64,000 nucleotides of DNA, taken from the NCBI GenBank assembly GCA_965219085.1, contig OZ244720.1, positions 451,684-515,683 of the forward strand, read 5' to 3'. Below the pieces are notes generated by a model. The model had not been told where the DNA came from, did no database searches, and worked only from the letters and a program-made list of their open reading frames with translations. The stretch is from Dehalococcoidia bacterium. Lineage in GTDB: Bacteria; Chloroflexota; Dehalococcoidia; UBA2979. Shown here piece by piece: positions 57,599-64,000 of this stretch (position 1 is the stretch's first letter; each line of letters starts with the position of its first letter). Made by a program: the position numbers and the translations under genes.

Positions 57599-58696
57599 AT
57601 GCCTGGTGACCGCATCGGCGTTGGGATCATCGGCGCCAACGTGCGCTACGGGTGGGGCACGCGCGCTCACCTGCCAGCGCTGCAGGCCCTGCCGGAGTTC
57701 GACCTCGTCGCCGTCGCGACGACGCACATGGAGACTGCCCGCGAGACGGCCGACCGCTACGCGATCCCCAACGCGTTCGACAACGCGCAGGCGCTCGTCG
57801 AGCACGCCGATGTCGAACTCGTGCTGGTGTGCGTGCGCGTGCCGCTGCACCACGAGCTGACCTCGGCGGCGCTGCGCGCGGGCAAGCACGTCTTCACCGA
57901 GTGGCCGCTGGGCGCGAACACTTCCGAGGCGCGCGAGTTGCACGACCTCGCCGTCTCGGTCGGCGTGCGCCACATGGTCGGCCTGCAAGCGCGCGCGGCG
58001 CCACAGTTCGTGCGCATGCAGCAGCTCATCGCCGAGGGCTACGTCGGCGAGGTGCTGTCTGCGACCATGCGACAGACGCTCCCCGGCGCGGGCCCGCGCC
58101 GCGAGTCCTTCGCGTGGGCCGTCGACGCCTCCAGGGGCGCGTCGACGCTCTCGATCGCCTCCGGGCACGCGCTCGACGCGCTCGCGTTCTGCCTCGGCGA
58201 GTTCCGCTCGGTGAGCGCGAACGTCGCGACGCGCGTGCGCACCATCGAGGTCGTCGACACCGGCCGCACCGCCGAGGTGACCTCGCCGGACACGGTGCAC
58301 GTCTCCGGTGAGACGGAGAGTGGGACCGCGGTCTCGGTCGCGATCAGCAGCGTGCCGGGGCACGGCTCCGGGCTGCGCTTCGAGGTACACGGCAGCGAGG
58401 GCGTGCTGCTGCTGACCTCGGACGGCATGTCGCAGATCGCCGGACTCGCGCTCAGCGGGGCGCGCAACGAGGACGGCGCGGTCGCCGAGCTGCCGATCCC
58501 GGACGACTGCTGGTGGGTGCCGCAGGATCTCGTCGGCCCCGGGCTCAACGTGGCGCAGCTGTTCCGCCGCCTCGGCGAGTCGATCCGCGGCGGCGCACCC
58601 GCCGTGCCCGACTTCGCCCACGCCGTGCGCCGCCACGAGATGCTCGACGCGATTCAGCGCGCTTCGGACACGGGAGAGCGGCAGGGGCTGGCCTAG
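57599..58696 (+). CDS. Gfo/Idh/MocA family oxidoreductase
   Basis: N-terminal Rossmann IGVGIIGAN..., C-terminal GFO_IDH_MocA domain. Confidence 0.85.
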   Translation: MPGDRIGVGIIGANVRYGWGTRAHLPALQALPEFDLVAVATTHMETARETADRYAIPNAFDNAQALVEHADVELVLVCVRVPLHHELTSAALRAGKHVFTEWPLGANTSEARELHDLAVSVGVRHMVGLQARAAPQFVRMQQLIAEGYVGEVLSATMRQTLPGAGPRRESFAWAVDASRGASTLSIASGHALDALAFCLGEFRSVSANVATRVRTIEVVDTGRTAEVTSPDTVHVSGETESGTAVSVAISSVPGHGSGLRFEVHGSEGVLLLTSDGMSQIAGLALSGARNEDGAVAELPIPDDCWWVPQDLVGPGLNVAQLFRRLGESIRGGAPAVPDFAHAVRRHEMLDAIQRASDTGERQGLA

Positions 58697-58775
58697 GCTC
58701 GCGGGCCCAGTGGATCCACACTGAGGCGCGGCCGCAGCACGCCCTGCCACGCACTCACTCCGGAGGCCGTACAGG

Positions 58776-59327
58776 ATGATGCGATGGGCGATGCCCGCAG
58801 TCCTCGGAATCGCGTTACTCACGACATCCTGGAGTGCGGTCGCGCTCGTCGTCTCATCGGTGTGCACTGGCGCAGAATCGCCGGGGCCGATCGAGGCCGA
58901 TTCGGAGCGTATCAAGGTCGAGCTGGACGGCCGGTCGTTCCGCCAGTTCGAGCCCGGACGCGACGCCGACAAGCGCAGGGGCGTCGTCCTCGACTTCGTC
59001 AACGGCCTGAGCCTCTGGGCGCAGTACGCCGAGGGCGGCTACGCGGTGAGCGAGTGGCAGATCTCGTCGAACGACTACCGCATCGAGTCGCGGAGCGGTG
59101 ACAGCGGCGAGGTCACGATCTCCTTCATCAACCCGCGATCGAGGCAGCAGTTCCCCGAGGCTTGCGAGGACTGCATCGAGACCTCGGGCGTCTCGATCTC
59201 GATTCGCAACGTCTTGGACGCCGACCAAATCCGGTTCCGGGTGAACGACCCGAACGGCAACCTGCCGAGCCCGTTCCCGGTGTTCGGCTCGTGGACGCGG
59301 TTCGAGGAAGACGAGTACTTCGACTAG
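58776..59327 (+). CDS. secreted hypothetical protein
   Basis: N-terminal signal peptide; no recognisable family. Confidence 0.55.
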   Translation: MMRWAMPAVLGIALLTTSWSAVALVVSSVCTGAESPGPIEADSERIKVELDGRSFRQFEPGRDADKRRGVVLDFVNGLSLWAQYAEGGYAVSEWQISSNDYRIESRSGDSGEVTISFINPRSRQQFPEACEDCIETSGVSISIRNVLDADQIRFRVNDPNGNLPSPFPVFGSWTRFEEDEYFD

Positions 59328-59399
59328 GCGTTGCGTTGTGCACCTACTGATGTGACGGATGTGTATGTATGATGCACACGGCTTGGGAAGGCTTGAGGC

Positions 59400-59675
59400 G
59401 TGGCCAGGGTACAGATCGTTATTGCGGACGAGGATCGTGACCGCTTCGTCGCCCAGGCGCGGCGAGAGGGCCTGACGCTGAGCGCCTGGCTGCGGGCCGC
59501 CGCGCGCGAACGGCTCGCGGCCCGCCAGCGTGCTGCGTTGTTCGAGTCCGAGGAGGACCTCGAAGCGTTCTTCCGTGAGTGCGACGCGATTGAGGGTCCC
59601 GAGCGTGAGCCGGACTGGGAAGAGCACCTCGCTGTCATGCGCGAGTCGCAGCTTTCGGGTACCACCGGCACGTGA
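59400..59675 (+). CDS. vapB: ribbon-helix-helix antitoxin (VapB-type)
   Basis: MARVQIVIADEDRDRFVAQARREGLTLSAWLR; overlaps the downstream PIN gene by 4 nt (ATGA). Confidence 0.65.
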   Translation: MARVQIVIADEDRDRFVAQARREGLTLSAWLRAAARERLAARQRAALFESEEDLEAFFRECDAIEGPEREPDWEEHLAVMRESQLSGTTGT

Positions 59676-60070
59676 TCTTCGTTGACACGAACGTCTTCAT
59701 GTACGCGGTCGGGGGCGCGCATCCTCTGAGGGATCCGGCGCGAGCGTTCTTCCGCGATGCCCATCGGGAACGGGCGCCCCTGTGTACCTCAGCGGAGGTG
59801 CTGCGGGAGCTCATGCACGTCTACCTGCGCGCTGGGCGGGCTGAGGCGCTCGATGCAGCCTCGTCGCTGGTTGCGAGGGCCGGGCTCGATATCTGGGCCC
59901 TTGAACCCGACGACGTAGAACTGGCCCGCCAGCTTATGGACAGCTATCCCGGTCTCGAGCCGCGCGATCTCTGCCATCTCGCCAGTTGCCGCAGGCGAGG
60001 GGTGAGCGAGATCAGGACATTCGACCGCGCCCTCGGCGCCGCAGTGTCCGGGCTTGCAGCCGGAAGCTGA
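59672..60070 (+). CDS. vapC: type II toxin VapC (PIN domain)
   Basis: MIFVDTNVFMYA..., conserved D/E/D/D positions. Confidence 0.75.
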   Translation: MIFVDTNVFMYAVGGAHPLRDPARAFFRDAHRERAPLCTSAEVLRELMHVYLRAGRAEALDAASSLVARAGLDIWALEPDDVELARQLMDSYPGLEPRDLCHLASCRRRGVSEIRTFDRALGAAVSGLAAGS

Positions 60071-60095
60071 AGCTTCGAAGGCACAATCCTCGCGG

Positions 60096-60846
60096 CTAGT
60101 GGACGAACATGCCGCCGTTGACGTTGAACACCGAACCCGTGATGTAGGTGCCCTCGGTCACGATGTAGCGCACGAGGCTCGCGACCTCCTCGGGCCGTCC
60201 AAGCCGCCCCAGCAGGATCTCGCCCCTGAGGTTCTCACGCTGCTGGTCGTTGAGCCCCGACAGCATGTCCGTCTCGATGAAGCCCGGCGCGATCGCGTTG
60301 ACGTGGATGTTGAAGCGCGCGCCCTCGCGCGCGAGCCCGCGCACGAAGCCGATCGCCGCCTCCTTCGAGGTGCCGTAGTTGACCAGCCCGAGGCGGCCCG
60401 TCTCGCCGACGATCGAGGCGATGCAGACCACGTGCCCGCCGCCGGCCTCGCCCATCGCCCGCCAGACCGGGCTCGTCACGTTGTAGAGCCCGTTGACGTT
60501 GGTATCGATGACCGTGTGCCACTCCTCGGGCGTCATGCGCGCGACCGTGCGGTCGGCGGTGGTGCCGGCGTTGTTGATCAGCACGCGCACCGGCCCCAGG
60601 TCGTTCACGACCGCGTCGACCATCGCCTGGCACTGCTCGAGGTCGGAGACGTCGGCCTGGTAGGCGCGCGCCGTGCCGCCCGCGCCCTCGATCTCGCCGA
60701 CGACCCCCGCGGCGGCTTCGGCGTTGGCGACGTAGTTGACGGCGACCGCGGCGCCCTGGCCCGCGAGTTCGAGCGCGATCGCGCGCCCGATGCCCCTCGA
60801 TCCGCCCGTTACCAGTGCGACCTGTCCGTCCAGCGCTCCAGCCATG
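60096..60846 (-). CDS. SDR family oxidoreductase (3-oxoacyl-ACP reductase FabG-like)
   Basis: ATG 60846 with GAGGAGGG RBS; TGGSRGIG, NNAG, YxxxK motifs; upstream part of ORF is artefact. Confidence 0.8.
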
Positions 60847-61083
60847 TGTTGCCCTCCTCGGTGTCGTGTTGCGTTGCCGCGCGCACCGTACCGCACCGGG
60901 GCCGCTGGCGGGGAGTGGGGAGGGCCGCCACCACCTGACGACGCGAGGCCGTATCCTGCGTGCACGGCCCGGGACCGATGCCCGTTCCGGACCGGCCTCC
61001 GAGCGCCCGGCGTGCGTCCCGTTGCGCGAAGGCCGCCCCTGGGGCCGCGCGACCGCCCGCGGCGGCGGTGAGTTGGAGCCTGC

Positions 61084-62520
61084 ATGCTCTCCCGCTCGTT
61101 CGTCGTGCTGTGGATTGCGATGGCCGTTGCGGTCATGGGCATCGCCATGGTCTCGCCGTTGCTCCCCGTGTTCGTACGCGAGGAGCTGCACGGCCCCGAG
61201 TTTGCCGTAGCGCTCTCGTTCTCGGCGATCGCGATCAGCCAGATCGCCACGTCGCCATTCGTGGGGCGGTTCGCCGACAAGTTCGGGCCGAAGCCGTTCA
61301 TCGTGCTCGGCTTCTTCATCTACGCCGCGGGCGGCGTCGGCTTCATCTTCGCGCAGACGTGGGAGATGGTGATCGTCTTCCGCGTCGTCTCCGGTGTCGG
61401 CGCCGCCTCCATGTTCCCGACGACGATGGCATACGTCGGCCGGCTCGCTCCGCCTGGGTTCGAGGGCCGCTACATGGGCGCGTTCTCGATCTCGTGGATC
61501 GCGGGGTTTGGCATCGGGCCGCTGTTTGGTGGCACCATTCGCGACTTCGTCTCCTCGGACGCCGCGTTCGCGACGATGTCATTCATGCTCTTCGCGGTCG
61601 GCGTGGCGGTGTTCCTGCTGCTGCCCAAGGGCCGGCCCGGTGCCGGCTCCGGGCGCGAGGACGACGAGGAGGTCCTCGAGCCGGGACTGCCGATGATCGA
61701 GGTGCTCAAGCGCCCGATCGTCCACGCGGCCATCGGTGGGCACATGGTCGTCTCGCTCGGGTGGGGCGCGGGCTTCACGTTCATCGCCGTCTACGTGGTG
61801 AGCGACGATGGCCTCGCGACGGGCAGCGCGACGTTCGCCGGCGTGCTGCTGGCCTCGCGGGCGCTGCTGACGGCGACGGCGCAACTCGTGACGGGGCCGC
61901 TCGCCGACAAGATGGACCGCGTATTCCTGTCCGTGCTCGGCTTCGGGATCGCGGGAACCGCGCAGTTCTTCGTGCCGGACATACCCGGCGTCAGCGCCAC
62001 GATCGGGATATTCGGCGGCGAACTCGTGATTGTGCCCTGGCTGCTGCTGCTCTTCGTCTTCGTGGGACTGGGCGAGGCCATCGAGTTCCCCGCGCAGCAG
62101 GCGATCTTCGTCGACGCCGGCCGCACGGTGGGTATGGGCACGATCATGGGCATCATCCAGACCGCGGGCGGGTTCGGCTTCCTCGCCGGGTCGATGTTCG
62201 GTGCGCTTGTCGTGAGCATATGGGGGCTCGACGCGGTGTTCCGCTACGCGGGCCTCGCGATGTTCCTCGGCGGCTTCGGTTTCTGGCTGCTCATGCGGCG
62301 CGCCAAGCGCGACTTCGCGATGCTGGACGCGGCCGCCGCGGCCGACCTGCGCACGCGTTTCACGGCCAACAGGCTCGATGGCGCTCGTGCGCTGACCGGC
62401 GGCAACGGCGCGCAGCCCGACGGCGTGCAGCCCGATGGCGTCACGCACCGCGGCATGGCCGACACGCTCCAGGTGGATCGGCCACGGCAACCCGCGGTGG
62501 CGGCTGTCGACGGCGACTGA
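61084..62520 (+). CDS. MFS transporter
   Basis: 12-TM MFS sequence with long C-terminal tail. Confidence 0.8.
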   Translation: MLSRSFVVLWIAMAVAVMGIAMVSPLLPVFVREELHGPEFAVALSFSAIAISQIATSPFVGRFADKFGPKPFIVLGFFIYAAGGVGFIFAQTWEMVIVFRVVSGVGAASMFPTTMAYVGRLAPPGFEGRYMGAFSISWIAGFGIGPLFGGTIRDFVSSDAAFATMSFMLFAVGVAVFLLLPKGRPGAGSGREDDEEVLEPGLPMIEVLKRPIVHAAIGGHMVVSLGWGAGFTFIAVYVVSDDGLATGSATFAGVLLASRALLTATAQLVTGPLADKMDRVFLSVLGFGIAGTAQFFVPDIPGVSATIGIFGGELVIVPWLLLLFVFVGLGEAIEFPAQQAIFVDAGRTVGMGTIMGIIQTAGGFGFLAGSMFGALVVSIWGLDAVFRYAGLAMFLGGFGFWLLMRRAKRDFAMLDAAAAADLRTRFTANRLDGARALTGGNGAQPDGVQPDGVTHRGMADTLQVDRPRQPAVAAVDGD

Positions 62521-62575
62521 GTCGCGTTCTGGCCGCGAGGTGCGCGTTAGCGCCATCCCTTGTCACACTGTCGGC

Positions 62576-63544
62576 GTGATCGGGATCGTACTCGCCAGCG
62601 ACCAGGGTCTCCTGCACGTCCTCCCCGGTGCGGACGCGGAGATGGCGCTGCCCGGCGTGCGCTGCACCTCGCTCGACTACCGCGACGGCGTCGCGATTGC
62701 AGCGGCGCCGGAGCGCGGCGTGTGGATGAACGACGGCGGCGGCTGGGAGCGGGTGTGGGAGGGCAATGCCCACGCCGTGCGCCTCGCCGGCGACGGGGTG
62801 TGCTACGCGGCCGAGACGCCGCCGCGCCTGCACCGCTCGCGCGACGGCGGCGAGACGTGGGCCGAGCTGCCGAACGTGCCGAGCATCGTGCGGGCCCACA
62901 ACGCGCGCCGTCCGGGCGCGCCCCGCAGCGAGGTCGAGATCGTCGGCATCGCGTTCCCGCAGGGGCAGCTACTGCTCGGGATGCGCGGCATGGGCACGTG
63001 GCTGTCGCGCGACGGGGGCCAGTCGTGGATGCGCGGCGATCAAATCGAGCTGTCCGCCCGCTCCGAGCCGCTGCAGGCGGTGGCCCTGGGGGAACACCTC
63101 AACGGCATCTGGGACCACCAGGAGCGTAACGACCGCCTCTACGCGGCGTCGCGGCGCGGCTTCTTCCGCTCCGATGATGGTGGCTTCACGTGGCAGCGCA
63201 CCCAGCAGGGCCTCGACCGCTTCAACGCAAATGGTGTCGCGGTGCTCCCAGGCACGCCCGACGCGCTGCTGCTCTCGATCGCGTCGAGGGGTGTCGATGC
63301 GGAGGACGGGGCCGACGCGGCGCTGTTCCGCTCGGTCAACGGCGGCCTGATGTGGGATCGGGTGACGCTCGGCGACGAGGACGTGTGGCCACGGCCGCCC
63401 CTCGTGAGCGCCGTCACCGGCGGCATGGACATGCTGTTCGCGCACGCCGGCGCGAGCATCTGGGCATCGCACGACCGGGGCGCGCGCTGGCTCCCCATCG
63501 CCGACGGGCTGCCGCCGGCGATCGCGATGGTGGCCGCGCTGTAG
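62576..63544 (+). CDS. BNR/sialidase-like beta-propeller protein
   Basis: GTG start 62576; repeated SxDGGxTW-like BNR motifs (SRDGGETW, SRDGGQSW, SDDGGFTW, SVNGGLMW, SHDRGARW). Confidence 0.6.
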   Translation: MIGIVLASDQGLLHVLPGADAEMALPGVRCTSLDYRDGVAIAAAPERGVWMNDGGGWERVWEGNAHAVRLAGDGVCYAAETPPRLHRSRDGGETWAELPNVPSIVRAHNARRPGAPRSEVEIVGIAFPQGQLLLGMRGMGTWLSRDGGQSWMRGDQIELSARSEPLQAVALGEHLNGIWDHQERNDRLYAASRRGFFRSDDGGFTWQRTQQGLDRFNANGVAVLPGTPDALLLSIASRGVDAEDGADAALFRSVNGGLMWDRVTLGDEDVWPRPPLVSAVTGGMDMLFAHAGASIWASHDRGARWLPIADGLPPAIAMVAAL

Positions 63545-63653
63545 GAGCGTGCAACCCTGGACGGTTCCCCTTACTCTGTCCACGCTGCTCCCACGGTAGC
63601 TCCCGCCCGTCGCCGATCCCACGGCGATCGGACGGAAGGTTGGCGATGCCCTC

Positions 63654-63998
63654 ATGACTGCATTCAACGACGCGACTGCGACAAAGGGCGACCTCCGAGA
63701 ACTGGAGGCGCGGCTGGAGTCGCAGACGAAGACCGGCCTCCGGGAACTGGAGGCGCGGTTGGACTCGCAGACAAAGGCGGACCTCCGCGAACTGGAGGTC
63801 CGCCTCGAGTCTCAGACCAGGGCGGACCTCCGCGACTCGGAGGCACGCCTTGAGTCTCATTTCCGGGACATGTTCGCGACGAAGGCCGATCTCTTCCAGA
63901 TGGAGACTCGCATTACGCGCTGGGTGGTGGGTGCGGTCATGGGAAGCATCGGCGCTGCTACGGCGATTGCCTTCGCGCTTGCCCGCTTCGTCTCCTGA
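63654..63998 (+). CDS. coiled-coil repeat protein with C-terminal TM anchor (DUF1640-like)
   Basis: Four 14-aa repeats DLRELEARLESQTK from 42-bp tandem DNA repeats; hydrophobic C-terminus. Confidence 0.55.
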   Translation: MTAFNDATATKGDLRELEARLESQTKTGLRELEARLDSQTKADLRELEVRLESQTRADLRDSEARLESHFRDMFATKADLFQMETRITRWVVGAVMGSIGAATAIAFALARFVS

Positions 63999-64000
63999 CG

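Noticed and set aside
57047-59002. 651-aa ORF on minus strand
   Set aside because: Antisense to the Gfo/Idh/MocA gene; RG-rich.
60096-62556. N-terminal 157 codons of 60096..61319 - and antisense ORFs over the MFS gene (60960..62579 +, 61579..62556 -)
   Set aside because: The SDR gene starts at ATG 60846 with a strong RBS; the others are low-complexity frame artefacts.

Overview
This 64-kb window is a very GC-rich (about 70%) chromosomal segment with actinobacterial-type hallmarks. Conserved housekeeping blocks are the cell-division-cluster tail (DUF167, yggT, proC, yggS), the rpmB / yloV-degV-recG block, an arginine cluster (argJ-argB ... argD-argG ... argH, with rpe coupled to argH), nth, and selD followed by an LprG-like lipoprotein and a P55-like MFS pump. 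The rest is catabolic and transport genes: acyl-CoA dehydrogenases, crotonases, CoA-transferases, several MFS transporters and hydrolases. I found no rRNA, tRNA or CRISPR. Accessory and unusual content: (1) a lower-GC island at 2.6-6.6 kb with a translationally coupled ATPase + PIN-like gene pair (candidate defence module) and a GIY-YIG nuclease; (2) two selenoprotein genes with in-frame UGA that the ORF track misses (selD, and a DsbA/FrnE-like oxidoreductase with a UPWC motif); (3) three or four toxin-antitoxin modules, including a VapBC wedged between argG and argH; (4) a nested insertion, an IS1380-family element inside an IS3-family element inside a Glu/Leu/Phe/Val dehydrogenase gene; (5) a perfect 24-bp x11 tandem repeat abutting nth; (6) a recently tandem-duplicated acyl-CoA dehydrogenase; (7) a 39-codon smORF with a near-perfect Shine-Dalgarno in a low-GC pocket; (8) several frameshifted pseudogenes; (9) two genes whose conserved N-termini lie upstream of the first canonical start codon but behind strong RBSs (ATC and CTG starts?). 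Many long antisense ORFs are GC-frame artefacts and are rejected.
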